Source: Candidatus Bathyarchaeota archaeon
GTDB lineage: Archaea; Thermoproteota; Bathyarchaeia; Bathyarchaeales; Bathycorpusculaceae
Assembly (NCBI GenBank): GCA_963782525.1
Contig: CAWAKC010000003.1
Location: forward strand, 192,001 to 256,000
DNA length: 64,000 bases
Reading direction: 5' to 3'
Part shown: one piece after another, positions 40,637 to 51,750 of the stretch
How the letters are laid out: each line of letters starts with the position of its first letter
Position numbering within the stretch: the first letter of the stretch is position 1
Notes under the pieces: model-generated
Database searches by the model: none
The model's input: the letters and a program-made list of their open reading frames with translations, nothing else
Told to the model about the DNA's origin: nothing
Position numbers and translations under genes: made by a program

Positions 40637-40691
40637 GCCAACCTTTAAATGCTTATTAGGAGCGGAAGAGAAATATTTTTAGTGAACTTTT

Positions 40692-40976
40692 ATGCATCGT
40701 AAAGCAATATTTGCCTTAGCAGGCGTTTTTCTAATTGTGGCATTAGTTGTTCCTCCAGTCCTTTTAATAATGGAATCTGATCATGACTTAGACAACTACA
40801 TCAATTCCCAGCAGAACCCAAACGGGTTACAAACAAACGGCAACATCACGATTACGGATGAAAGAAACGAAAATTTCCAAACATATTCATATGCAGCAAT
40901 CATCGAAGTTGTTTTTGTTGTCCTATTTGCGATTACACTGTTCTACGGAATAAATCAGCCTCACCCTAAACATTAG
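40692..40976 (+). CDS. Hypothetical two-TM membrane protein
   Basis: Two hydrophobic helices, ATG start. Confidence 0.65.
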   Translation: MHRKAIFALAGVFLIVALVVPPVLLIMESDHDLDNYINSQQNPNGLQTNGNITITDERNENFQTYSYAAIIEVVFVVLFAITLFYGINQPHPKH

Positions 40977-41129
40977 GCGCAATACAGCCATTTCAGCTTG
41001 TTTCCAACCGGTAACCTATTTGTCAAGCATGCGCTAATTTGAAGTAGTGCAAACACAGTCACAAATTTATAAAAGCAGTTAGCTCGCAGATGCTTATAGT
41101 GCAGAACCTTTAGTTAGGAGGTGCAATTT

Positions 41130-41330
41130 ATGCCTGAAACATCCATTAACATCACTGAGAAGCTCCAGCAGATTGAAAAAACCGCCCAAGACTACAAAGA
41201 CGCCATCGTTAACCAATTCCAAGATCTGGAAGTCGAAGTTAAAGATTGGAACTTCTCAGTTGGAAAAGCCGAAAAAGAATACACTGTTGAAGTAAACCTT
41301 AAGCTTGGCATCCGCTCAAAAAAAGCTTAA
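41130..41330 (+). CDS. Hypothetical small protein
   Basis: GGAGGTG RBS, TTTATAAA box upstream, hairpin plus T-run downstream. Confidence 0.75.
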   Translation: MPETSINITEKLQQIEKTAQDYKDAIVNQFQDLEVEVKDWNFSVGKAEKEYTVEVNLKLGIRSKKA

Positions 41331-41376
41331 GCAGCCGTCAGGTTAAACCTGCACCCCTTTTCTTTCAAAATTCTTG

Positions 41377-42621
41377 TTAACTGATTGTTTGGTTCCAATA
41401 GTAAATTTCACTGTAATTTCCAGCAGCAACCAAAAACGCTGGATCATCGTAAACTATGTCCAATTTCAAGCCGTATCTGTTAAGAAGCAGCTGTGTAGCA
41501 TTCCAAATTATTGGCGATTTGTTGTCTGGACCCCAAAAACCCCAAATCCTATCGTTCAAGTTTCGCATTCCCCACCCGTAATCCTTGGGCAACACTAAAG
41601 CTGCCTCAGCGTGGATTGAATTGGGCGATGATTTGATTACGATTTGATTCCAGAAGTTCCGAAGTACCTGGAAATGTGCATCAGTCATTGCTCCTCCATA
41701 CTGGTCAATTTGGGTTCCGTTGGAATAGTTGAAGATAATGATATATTTTGCTCCAGCATTATAAGAGTCCACCATTTGCTGGTAAATGTTATCGGGCGTG
41801 TCAAGGTAAGGTGCTTGATTGTACTTCCATGTAATAATTATGCCCCAAGTTTTATTCTGCAATGTTGCTGCTCCGCGAACAAGCGCAATTTGCTGGTCAA
41901 CACTACTGTTCCAGCCTAACTGAGCCAATATAGTTTTGTACTCTCCAACATAGTCAAACCAATAAAGAGAATAGTCGGTGGTCAAATACGATAAGTTATA
42001 CTGTTTTAGGCTGATGACGCCTAGATTTTGTGTCAACATGAAATTAAACCATGTAGCTTCTAGCGTGTAATTATCTGGAAGAATCCCGCTTATCTTTGAA
42101 TCTTGCAGTTTGTCGTAGATCTTTTTTGTGTAAATCGATGAATTCCAATGCTGATTAACGTTGAAAGTAGTTTCTTGGAAGTATTTCGTCCAATTATAGT
42201 CCATTTCGATTCCGCCTGGTTCGTCATCATAGTAAACGCTCAAAAACTTGTTTCCATAAATGTAACGTGACTCATTGAGAAATTGGGCTTTTGCAGGCCA
42301 AGCGCCGGGAGTCCAAGTTCCCAAATTAATAATCAGGTATAAGCCTGAGTTGACGGCGTAATCGCAGATTTCCCTTGCAGCAGTCAGATTATCGCTTATG
42401 GGATTTATACCGCAGTCTAAAACAAAGACGTTGGTGTAGCTTTTAACACGGTCAATCAATGCATATGCTTGGCTTGTTGTGTTGCCGCAGAAAGCAACTC
42501 CGACGTAAACTTGGTCTTTTCCAGTATTACCGCTGCTTTGCGTATAGGAGAAAAGCAGTGACACAGTTGCCGTTACTATGATCATGATTAGGATAAGCGA
42601 GAGGATATGGATTCTTTTCAA
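41377..42621 (-). CDS. Secreted/membrane-anchored hypothetical protein (glycoside-hydrolase-like YYDDEPGG)
   Basis: N-terminal TM; DRVKSYTN, DEPGG, RGAATLQNKTWG, LPKDYGWG. Confidence 0.75.
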   Translation of the reverse strand: MKRIHILSLILIMIIVTATVSLLFSYTQSSGNTGKDQVYVGVAFCGNTTSQAYALIDRVKSYTNVFVLDCGINPISDNLTAAREICDYAVNSGLYLIINLGTWTPGAWPAKAQFLNESRYIYGNKFLSVYYDDEPGGIEMDYNWTKYFQETTFNVNQHWNSSIYTKKIYDKLQDSKISGILPDNYTLEATWFNFMLTQNLGVISLKQYNLSYLTTDYSLYWFDYVGEYKTILAQLGWNSSVDQQIALVRGAATLQNKTWGIIITWKYNQAPYLDTPDNIYQQMVDSYNAGAKYIIIFNYSNGTQIDQYGGAMTDAHFQVLRNFWNQIVIKSSPNSIHAEAALVLPKDYGWGMRNLNDRIWGFWGPDNKSPIIWNATQLLLNRYGLKLDIVYDDPAFLVAAGNYSEIYYWNQTIS

Positions 42622-42803
42622 TCGCTTATTTCTCCGTAGAGTTAAGCATGTTTAGCGTAACTTTCCTTTCCGTAATTATGCATCTTTATTGAATATAAAA
42701 GTTGTAATAATATGGAATTATATTGCTATACATCTTCAGCACCAAAACAGATAAAAACGTGGCTTTGCATCATCACAGCGAACTAACCAAGAAGGATAAA
42801 ACC

Positions 42804-43007
42804 ATGCCATCTGAAATTACTGATGTTGAAAAATTCGTGGCCATGAGCGCCAAAGCAAAACAATGCCAGGTCAAAAGGCTCAAGGACACCGTAAAATTGA
42901 AGCTTCGAACAGCCAGCCAACTTTACACTTTAAAGATTGAGCCGCTGAGAGCCGACGAAATCATAAAGAGGCTGCAGTGCGAAATTAAAGAAAAAGAAAA
43001 AGAATAA
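42804..43007 (+). CDS. rpl38e: 50S ribosomal protein eL38
   Basis: MPSEITDVEKF...VKLKLRTASQLYTLKI matches the L38e pattern. Confidence 0.88.
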   Translation: MPSEITDVEKFVAMSAKAKQCQVKRLKDTVKLKLRTASQLYTLKIEPLRADEIIKRLQCEIKEKEKE

Positions 43008-43074
43008 TCAGTTTTTTACTATTTTGTTCTTTGTTCCTTATTTTAAGCTTACAATATTCTTTTGAGCTTGTTCG

Positions 43075-43788
43075 CTATATCCCTTTGTTTCCGAACTTGT
43101 TGTAATAGGCAAAATCTTCAATGTCGCGACGTACCCTCAGATACTTGGATGCCCCAGTAGGATAACCTAAACGGCAGCAATAGGCAATTTTTAGTTGATC
43201 AGGTATACCTAAAATCTTTTTAAGCTCTTTTTCCACTGGCGGCGCTGCGAAAGCACTCAGAATCTGCAAACTAATGCCCAGTGATTGAGCCATAAGCCAC
43301 ATGTTCTCCATCACACAGCCCAGACTCATGAATCCCAAAACGTCGCCTTCAGAAGCAGGTGCTCTCTTTTGGGGGTCATAAACCAAAATTAAAAGACATG
43401 GGCTACCCCTGATGGATTGAGTCAATGGCATGGGCTCGCTTTTGCGGGCAGCTTCTGACATTTTTGACGGATCTACCCATGCTGGCGGAAACATCGCTCC
43501 CAAAATTCCGGTCTTCTTCTTGAGCAATTCTTCCTTGGAGAACGAAAGCTGCTCATAATTTTCCCTTAGAAACACCTCTGAAATGCGGGATTTTACGTTC
43601 CCAATGATTTCTAAAATCTCTTTGTCTTCTACGACGATTACCTCGAAGTTTTGCATGTTATGCGCTGTTGGTGCCCATCGTCCAGCATCCAAGATTTGCC
43701 GCAAATCCTCTTTGGACACCTTTTGATTTGGGTCAAAGGGAACTCGGGCTGATTGTCTTTCTTGAATTATTCGTCGGACTTCATTCAT
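43075..43788 (-). CDS. Nitroreductase family protein
   Basis: ERQSAR, RWAPTAHNMQ, ENMWLMAQSLG, LGYP. Confidence 0.93.
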   Translation of the reverse strand: MNEVRRIIQERQSARVPFDPNQKVSKEDLRQILDAGRWAPTAHNMQNFEVIVVEDKEILEIIGNVKSRISEVFLRENYEQLSFSKEELLKKKTGILGAMFPPAWVDPSKMSEAARKSEPMPLTQSIRGSPCLLILVYDPQKRAPASEGDVLGFMSLGCVMENMWLMAQSLGISLQILSAFAAPPVEKELKKILGIPDQLKIAYCCRLGYPTGASKYLRVRRDIEDFAYYNKFGNKGI

Positions 43789-44804
43789 TTTGATTCATCT
43801 TCCCTTTTTAATACTGCCCTAAAATGAACCTTCGCCGTCATCATTCGATCAAACGCAACTGCTGCTTGTTCAAGAGGAAAAACCTCTACCATTGGAACAA
43901 CATGTGTAAGAACACTGAAGTTTAGGGTATCAGCGGTGTTTCCTCCCACCCAACCACTAACGGACCGAACCGCACGCATCAGTTGTGTTGGAGAAATCTG
44001 CATAGGCTCATAAACGAAGGTAACAATGATTAGTTGTCCGTTGCGGGCAAGACCTTCAACGAGGTCTGCGATCGCCTTGCTGTTGGGAGCTGTGCAGAAT
44101 ATGGCTTTTGCACCACCAAGCTTCATCAGTTCCTCGCTGGGATTGGACTTTTCTGAGTCGATGTAGTATTTTGCGCCGAGCTTGCGCGCTAATTCTTCTT
44201 TTTCTTTGCCTCGGGAAACAACAGCGGTCTTCATGCCAAGTCTTACCGCGAACTGCAAAGCTAAATGTCCTAAGCCGCCGAGTCCTTGAATAGCCACTAA
44301 GTCTCCACCCTTTGCCGCGCTGCTCTTTATTGCTCCTAAAGTGGTTGCGCCAGCACACAGAAGTGGAGCAGCTTCCACAGAAGATAATTCGTCAGGGATA
44401 GGTGTTAAGACATCCATGCGGGCAACCATGTACTCAGCATATCCATCGTCGGTTGAAATGCCCGTTGCCAAGGGACTCTCGCAAGCCCAATAATCGCCCC
44501 TTAAGCATGACCTGCACTTTTTGCAGTGTCCGCCACGCCAGCCAACGCCGACTCGTTGCCCAACTTTCCAATAATGCGATTCTGAACCCAACTTGGCGAT
44601 CGTGCCAACAACTTCGTGTCCAGGAGTTCTTGGATACTGAAGCCCAGGGAAGCCTCCGTATTTGACGATGGCGTCGCCGTGGCATATTCCGCAGGCTTCT
44701 ACTTTTAACAGAACTTCGTGTTCTTGTGGTTCTGGAACATCATTTTGTACCAGAACAAATTCTCCGCCTGGATGATTAACCTGGATTGCTTTCATTAAAT
44801 TCAT
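43785..44804 (-). CDS. Zn-dependent alcohol dehydrogenase
   Basis: CGICHGD, GHEVVG, CxxCxxC..C, GLGGLG. Confidence 0.95.
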   Translation of the reverse strand: MNLMKAIQVNHPGGEFVLVQNDVPEPQEHEVLLKVEACGICHGDAIVKYGGFPGLQYPRTPGHEVVGTIAKLGSESHYWKVGQRVGVGWRGGHCKKCRSCLRGDYWACESPLATGISTDDGYAEYMVARMDVLTPIPDELSSVEAAPLLCAGATTLGAIKSSAAKGGDLVAIQGLGGLGHLALQFAVRLGMKTAVVSRGKEKEELARKLGAKYYIDSEKSNPSEELMKLGGAKAIFCTAPNSKAIADLVEGLARNGQLIIVTFVYEPMQISPTQLMRAVRSVSGWVGGNTADTLNFSVLTHVVPMVEVFPLEQAAVAFDRMMTAKVHFRAVLKREDESK

Positions 44805-45772
44805 AAAATTACCTATTCAGCCTAACCGATTCTGAATATTTAAACATGCTTTTTCGTTAAACCATCCATTTTGTATACAAAAGCATCGCCCAACACACTT
44901 TTTGCTCTAACCCTTGCGCTCGCCTCAAAAAACTGCAAAGATAGTTAAAAATTGCGAAAAATTCGAAATCGAGCGAACTATATATAATCATACATTTAAT
45001 TTGGAACATAAATCGGGGAATCTTCGATTTTTCTAAAGCCGCAGGGCGAAATTGGAAAAAAAAGCAGGTGACTCAAGTGAACGATTAAGTTAAGTTTTCT
45101 TAGTTAGACTTCGGGTCGGACCATTAAGGCTCTCAGATGATAAAAACAGCATAAAACAACTCTCAATTATGTTTTTTTGCTAACACGCTTTGAGCCAGCC
45201 GCTGGTTTAGATGCTCCTTTGACACCATAATCTTTCATTCGGCACCTTGACCTGCTCAATTCACAGCGTTCAGACTATCTTTTTAGTCAACAGGTATGCC
45301 GATTAATTAGTTGCTCGTGTCTTCCTGCGCTAAAGTTTTGCTCTTCAGAAGCGTGAGAGCGTTTTGCTTTGCGAAAAACAATCGAATGTACATTTTTTAC
45401 ATTAAAAAGTTAAAAAAGCACTAATGTAATTAAATGAAATTAGTCATAACTGTCTATTTATTCGTCCACACTTCTGTTTTTGCAATAGGATCACCGAAGA
45501 ATAGCGAAATTTTACAAATCAAACAGAAAACTCGAAAAAATGGGGAAGACTATTTCAGAAAGGCCAAACTATAGATTTTAAACCGAAGTCAAAAAAAAAG
45601 GGTGCCGAAAAATGGTTTGGGGAAAGTAACCGAAGCTTGCAAAGGAGTTACAAAATGTGTTTGGGTGATGCTTTTGTATACCGTTTCCACTCATGCCCCA
45701 CCTCGCTATCAAACCCAATCTTCTATCGACATAATTTTTGCGCTCTTTGCTTCAATTTTTGGAGAACTGCTT

Positions 45773-46474
45773 ATGAGTGTTGAACGGAATCTGTTAATTT
45801 CAATCCTAAAATTAACCAAAGAAGGACCAGTTTTAATTGAAAATGTCAATAAAGAGGCAAGGATACCATCCACTGTTTCATTGGAGTTGCTGGAAAAACT
45901 GCAAAACGAAGACCTCCTTTATCTAAACAACGGCATTATAGAAGCAGAAAGTAGCAGCAGAATCAAATTAGCAGTTAAAGCAGTATCTCAAGGAGCAGTC
46001 ATCGAACATATCAGTAACCTACTTTGCTGGCAAGAGTTTGAAGAAATCGCCGCCATAGCGCTCAAAAACAACGGGTACATTGTGAAAAATAATGTAAGGT
46101 TCAAACATGGAACCAAACGATGGGAAATAGATGTGGTGGGCTGCAAAAAACCCCTGGTTGTCTGCATTGATTGTAAGCATTGGCAGCATGCAATTTCATC
46201 GTCGGCTTTGAAGCGAATAGTTGATTTGCAATCGCAGAGAACTCACGCCCTAGCGGATTCATTACCCAATCTTAAATTAAAATTTGAATGTGATAAGTGG
46301 GAAAAAGCCAAGTTTATCCCAACCGTGCTGTCGCTTGTCCCCAGCGCTTACAAATTCTACGACAACCTGCCGGTGGTCCCCGTTCTCCAGCTTCAAGATT
46401 TTATATGTCAACTGCCAGCCTATATAGGGGAATTAAAAATTTTTTCCAAAACCTTCAAAACGCTTAAGACATAA
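45773..46474 (+). CDS. wHTH plus PD-(D/E)xK (Mrr/NERD-like) endonuclease
   Basis: WQEFEE, EIDVVG, IDCKHW; probable ATG at 45773 after GGAG. Confidence 0.8.
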   Translation: MSVERNLLISILKLTKEGPVLIENVNKEARIPSTVSLELLEKLQNEDLLYLNNGIIEAESSSRIKLAVKAVSQGAVIEHISNLLCWQEFEEIAAIALKNNGYIVKNNVRFKHGTKRWEIDVVGCKKPLVVCIDCKHWQHAISSSALKRIVDLQSQRTHALADSLPNLKLKFECDKWEKAKFIPTVLSLVPSAYKFYDNLPVVPVLQLQDFICQLPAYIGELKIFSKTFKTLKT

Positions 46475-47332
46475 CTTTTAGGATTGAAGTTTTAGCAAGC
46501 TTAAATGCTGGATAAAGGATTAAGATGAACATTATAATTAAGGCTGCAAGTAACCACAAGGCTATTTCCGCAATAGTAAGGCTAGTAACAAGAGGATTAG
46601 TCATTAAAATCATCAAAGTTGTAATCATGCCGAACGAAATGCCCACGGCAAAACTGGAAAAAAGCACAATTGCCGCTTGAATCGCTGAAATATTGATTAT
46701 TATTCTTGGTTTGGCGCCTACAGCTCGCAAAATGACGAATTCTTGGCGTTGCTCGTCCATCGCAAGAATCATAAAACCCACAACACACAATGCCAGCTGA
46801 AGCTAAGATAAAAAGTGGTAGAAGCATTATTGATTGCCAAGTTGAACCCAGAAAAGCCAAGTTTTGAGTCACTACTCCGCTAAGATCAAAGCCGTCTAAG
46901 TCTGTATTAGTCGCTTTAACCATGTTTCTTATTTCGCTGATTAACGTTTCTCGGTTAACTGAATTGTTTAGCTTAATTAACAGCAGGTTAGGGAAGGCGA
47001 CGTTTTCTGCGACCGTCAAAGTAGAAACCAAGTTGTAGCCTTGAAAAACAAAACCTACTAGATTACAGCGAAAATCAGCCAGGAAATCCTCATCTTTCTC
47101 TGTTAAATCTTGCTCGGCAACGATTATTTTTCCTTTCGTAGGCCTGTCAACTCCACTTATAATGTTGAGGAGGGCGGTTTTTCCTGATCATGAAAACCCA
47201 CATATAACGGACGAATTTTGCCCGTGGAATCTCTAGATTTATGTCTTTTAGAACAGTAACTTTGATGTTGCCCAATTCGTAAGTCTTTTCCAAGGCCTGT
47301 GTAGAAACCATTAGTCCATTATCTTGGCTCAT
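46464..47332 (-). pseudogene. Deleted LolD/FtsX-type ABC operon remnant (ATPase N-half fused to permease C-terminus)
   Basis: LEKTYELG..., SGKT, GFVFQGYNLVSTLTVAENVAFP joined directly to permease EFVILRAVGA; several frameshifts. Confidence 0.8.
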
Positions 47333-47406
47333 TAAAGCTTACCTGCTTTCGCTGATTAATCGTCAGTTGTCTTAAGGTAATAAGTTTGTGGTACGTTTAC
47401 TTGGCT

Positions 47407-47844
47407 CTACTGCTGATAGCTTGTGTCGATGTTGAGGTTTCCTCTATCCCGCTTAAGAATCCTTACCTTGTCTGGGAGCTTGGTTTTTTCCCAGTCCGTC
47501 CAGCTGATTTCTTTGAACAGCCACCGTTTGCCCAGATGCGCTGCGACTACAGCGTGTTTGTTTTCGTTGCCTGCTGGTATGAATTGGTCGAGGAAACGGA
47601 AAAGTTTGTCGATCTGCATTCTTGGGAAATATGCGTAGTAGGTGGCGTTTTTTACTTCGAATGCGTACATATGTTTGCCTTTGCGGGCCATGACGTCTGG
47701 TAAGGGGTTGAGGCTTGGGTTGCTTACGGGGATGCGGACAGCGTTGTAGCCTTTTTTCTGCAGGAGTTTGACTAGGACGGTTTCGCTGTAAAATCCTCTT
47801 TTGCGCCAACGCCTAAGTTTGATGCGGTCAATTTCAGTGGTCAA
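47407..47844 (-). CDS. hjc: Archaeal Holliday junction resolvase (Hjc/Hje family)
   Basis: KRGFYSETVLV, GYNAVRIPVS, LPDVMA, AFEVK. Confidence 0.85.
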   Translation of the reverse strand: MTTEIDRIKLRRWRKRGFYSETVLVKLLQKKGYNAVRIPVSNPSLNPLPDVMARKGKHMYAFEVKNATYYAYFPRMQIDKLFRFLDQFIPAGNENKHAVVAAHLGKRWLFKEISWTDWEKTKLPDKVRILKRDRGNLNIDTSYQQ

Positions 47845-49657
47845 CGATTGTCCCTTTCTTGCATGTATCTATTGGAGCTCTTGAGATAAAAAATTGTTCC
47901 CTTAGAGCATTGAAAAAATGTGTTTGGGGATGCTTTTGTATCCAACACGTTTAGAAGGTGAGATTGGAGACTGCTGGTGAACATAAATATCTTATGTATT
48001 ACTAATACAACCATAATCACCAATAATGTATTTGGCAACATTCACCGGTTAAAAATAATGGGTATTTAGACTACAGTAAGCACCTGAAAAGCCATCGTTG
48101 ACTTGAAAGAGAGCTCGATACAATGTTTATCTTAGAACCCAAAAACATGAACAAACCGCCGTCAACCCAAAAAATAAGAACAAAAACGTCCTATGAAAAA
48201 CAGAAACGCCGCAGAAGTAGCAAAAATCAGCCGAAGAAAAAAAACCAAAAAATGGCTCAGCCCCCTACTGGAAAACAGCCTGAAAAAAAGATTTCCTTAA
48301 AAGTTGCTTACAAACCCAAAAAGATGACAAAAAAAATTGGTAGCCACAGAATTTCAGAATAAATTTTTATGCAAAAAATTAGCAAAGTTTTCATTACTAG
48401 CAAAAAAAGGCGTTTTTCTTCGAAGGATAGCCGAAAAAATAGGCTTTGGCTTCGCATGGAGATTTTCGAAGGTACTTATATGAGGCTCCGGTAATGTCCA
48501 TGCCAGTTGTTTTGGACCTAAGTGATTAAGCCTTAATTGAAGGTATTTCATTATTTTAGGCTTAAATTGAGCGTTTAGATTATGTTTTCCATAGAAAAAA
48601 ATCACGGTTTTTTGTATTAACCGCATTTCGGAGCAAAACAACCACTATGACATAGGTTTAATCCAAAAAAATCCCAAATAGGAGTTATTTAGAGAAAAAA
48701 AGCTTAACGGCAGCCCGTAAATTTTGTGGCAAAAAATTTTTCCGCTTTTGTCAGAATTGATTTTTTTTAATCTTAATTTTCCAAAACTCACAAGTGTTTA
48801 TGCAACTTAGACTTTTTGTCTTGCAAAATGAAAAAAGTAATCGAACAAACAAAGGTCAATTGCTTAATGCTGTTTTACAAACCTAATGCGATCTAATGGA
48901 AAAAAATCTTTGGCGCTGTGGTTGTTTTTTCTAAGACCACATCCAGAATTTTCAGATTTGCTTCGTGACATACTCAGTCGCATTGAAATTACTGAAAAGA
49001 AAAATAACCTCACCAACTCTCACTTGAAACTTACAAATGGGTTTTCTAGCCACTTTTCTTTTAAGAACTGAAAAATGATTTGCTGGTGCAGAGTTTGGGT
49101 TTTCTAGTGGTTGCCTAAGTTAACGGAATTTCTCTTTGACAAAAAAATCGTTGCAATAGTAAGCGACAGTTGAGCAAGCAAGTGTTGATGTTTTCGTTTT
49201 AATGAAAATGAGTGTTTGACGGTTCTGTGGCTGCATGATTTTTTAACTTCTGTTCAAGCAAGACTGCAATACTGCAGGTGTTAGACAAGTCCCTATCTGC
49301 CCAATGTTGTAGGGGTTGCTTGATTGAAAAACAACTTTCAGTGTTATCGGTGAAAATTGTATTGCTCGCAAAAACATCCATCACTAAGCACAACCGACCT
49401 CACGTGTAACATTCAGCCTGCAGATCAACCAAACTATCCCCTATGGGAAAAGATTTAATTCATTTGAGAGTCTCTTAAGAAGATCTAAGAAATTTGGAAA
49501 TCGTCGATAGCAAAAATCGCTAGTTGAAGTAAATGTTTTGATTTCGCGAACAAAACACACTTGGGAACTCAAAGTTTCTGTATACAAAAGCATCACCCAA
49601 ACACATTTTTTACTTTAAGTTCTAGAAAACTTTTTCAGAAATAAACCGATACAAACC

Positions 49658-50089
49658 ATGAGGATAGTTGCAATGTCAAATTTCAAAGTAGTAACAAAAG
49701 CAACCAAGTTCACCACACAAGGAGAAATAGACTTTATAGATTTATCAGACCAGGTCCAAAAAGAAGTCTTTGATTCAGGAATCAGAAACGGAATCGTTCA
49801 TGTTTTTTCTCCACACGCAACCGGAATTTTGGTTCTGACAGAAAATGACGATGCCCTCCTCGAAGACATCAAAGTTTTCCTTGAAGAATTGGCGCCAAGA
49901 CGTGGTCGGTATAAGCATCCGTCTAATGCCCACTCGCATTTGCGATCGATGCTTCTTCCCCCTGACAAGACGCTGCCTATAGTTGATGGGAAGGTTGAGT
50001 TTGGGACTTGGCAGTCTCTGCTCTTTGTTGAAACCGATGTGTACCCCCGGGAACGAAAAGTTATTATCCAAGTCTTGGGCGAGGGATAA
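49658..50089 (+). CDS. yjbQ: YjbQ (UPF0047) family protein
   Basis: PHATG, NAHSHLRS, GTWQS. Confidence 0.92.
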   Translation: MRIVAMSNFKVVTKATKFTTQGEIDFIDLSDQVQKEVFDSGIRNGIVHVFSPHATGILVLTENDDALLEDIKVFLEELAPRRGRYKHPSNAHSHLRSMLLPPDKTLPIVDGKVEFGTWQSLLFVETDVYPRERKVIIQVLGEG

Positions 50090-50607
50090 AATTTAGTTTG
50101 CCCCCCGATTTCAAATCCACAATTGTTAAGAATTTTAGATTTCGTTCTTCGTAAAAGCAAAATATCTAATGAAATATGAAAGTTTAACAATTTAAAGCTA
50201 AATACCCAAGGTTGAATAGGCTATTTTTACTATTTATTGTAAAAAGCGCTTAATCGAACTGAATTCGCAGACTGAAAACAGAAACAAAATAGAAACAAAG
50301 TGCTAACAGCAGCCCTGACGCCTAAAAACCAAAAATAAAGCTACGTAAAATCAGTCAAAGAAAATGAAAAGGCTAAACTTATAGCCAAAAAGTAGCTTTT
50401 GCAAATAATTCTCCGCTAAATTCAACCATAAATGCCAAATGCGCACGCTAATGTCCATTTGCTTTACGTTAATTCAATTCAGATTTTGACAAGAATTCAT
50501 TTTTGCAAAGCAAAAAAGTGTAGGAAGAGATTGGATACTCCCTTTTCAGGTTTCCTTCAGCTTCACAACTGCATGATTATATAAGCTTCGGAGAAATTCG
50601 GAAAAAC

Positions 50608-51348
50608 TTAGCCTTTCCGCTCCGTCCGAATCCGCTTTGATGATCCTTTAGGCCGCATGCGCGCTTTCTTCTTAACTTCAGCTCTCTGCGAAGGCTTTTC
50701 TTCCAAAGCATCAGGCTGCATTTCTTCTATGGGTAAAACGTCGACAGCCTCGGAAAAATCTTCAATAGTTGCCTGTTGTGCCCCATTTTGTTGCATCGTT
50801 TCTATGGCTCTATCCACATCGCCTGGTTCAGCATTAATGCCTAAGGTTGCGTCCATGAGGACGACCACTTCAAAACCAAGCTTGCAAGCGTCAACAACTG
50901 TGTTCACGACGCAGTAATCCGTTGCTAATCCACCGACAAAAAGCCGTTTGACGCACAGGGTTTGAAGGTCGTGTTCAAGGCTTGTGCTGTCAAAAGATGA
51001 GTAAGCTTCCCGTTCAGGGTTTGTACCTTTGGAAATAACAATTGTGTGGGGGGACAGTTTGAGATCAGGACTAAATTTTGCTCCAGCCGTTTCTTGCACA
51101 CAATGTGGTGGCCATGGACCACCCTGCGCCTCAAAAGAAACATGGTTTTGGGGGTGCCAGTCTCTCGAAGCTAAAACATGCCCGTTCGCTTCTACAAAAC
51201 GTCGTATGTAATCGTTCAGGACGGGGATAATTTTGTCACCGTCGTCGATGGGTATGGCTCCGCCGGGCAAAAAATCTTTCTGGATGTCGGTGATTAAAAG
51301 GGCATCAGAGTTTTTTATAACATAGTTTTTACTCAAACAAGTCACCAT
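50608..51348 (-). CDS. pncA: Nicotinamidase
   Basis: DIQKDFLPGG, RDWHP, WPPHCVQ, KG..AYSSF, GLATDYCV. Confidence 0.93.
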   Translation of the reverse strand: MVTCLSKNYVIKNSDALLITDIQKDFLPGGAIPIDDGDKIIPVLNDYIRRFVEANGHVLASRDWHPQNHVSFEAQGGPWPPHCVQETAGAKFSPDLKLSPHTIVISKGTNPEREAYSSFDSTSLEHDLQTLCVKRLFVGGLATDYCVVNTVVDACKLGFEVVVLMDATLGINAEPGDVDRAIETMQQNGAQQATIEDFSEAVDVLPIEEMQPDALEEKPSQRAEVKKKARMRPKGSSKRIRTERKG

Positions 51349-51479
51349 TTTTAAAATCGTTTTGTTATGCTAAAACTAACTTAATTAACGTGAAGATATG
51401 GATAAACTTTTTTACCATTTGTTTTTGCCGGCATGGAAAGGTAATTAAGGCTTCATGAGACTATTTTGTGGTGAAAAAG

Positions 51480-51750
51480 TTGGCAATTTTAGCGTATGTT
51501 CTTTTCAAAGTGGCTTCAGGAACCGAAAGAGCGGTTGCCCAAAAAACTTACCGAATTCAAAGAAGTTAAGGAGGCAGACATTGTTTTCGGTGAATATGAT
51601 GTAATTGCAAGCTTGACGATTGATAGCTTGGAAAAGCTGGAAGAGTTCGTTTCAGAAAGCATCAGGAACGTTCCAAACGTGCTCGTTACTTCGACGATGA
51701 TTATTTCAAGAGAGTATAAGGGCAAGAATACTAAACCAAAAGTCAAGTAG
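51480..51750 (+). CDS. Lrp/AsnC ligand-binding-domain protein, frameshift in A-run at ~51545
   Basis: AYVLFKVASGTE...VFGEYDVI...TSTMI. Confidence 0.85.

Noticed and set aside
42010-42023. GCTGATGACGCCTA resembles the 3' part of a fluoride riboswitch
   Set aside because: It lies antisense within a CDS, lacks the upstream GGCGATGG half, and no fluoride-related gene follows.
44873-45681. Motif copies 1 and 2 as terminal inverted repeats of a MITE
   Set aside because: No target-site duplication is visible, and the other three copies do not pair around similar internal sequence.
48123-48362. 79-aa Lys-rich ORF
   Set aside because: It is explained by A-tract composition; there is no RBS or recognisable motif.
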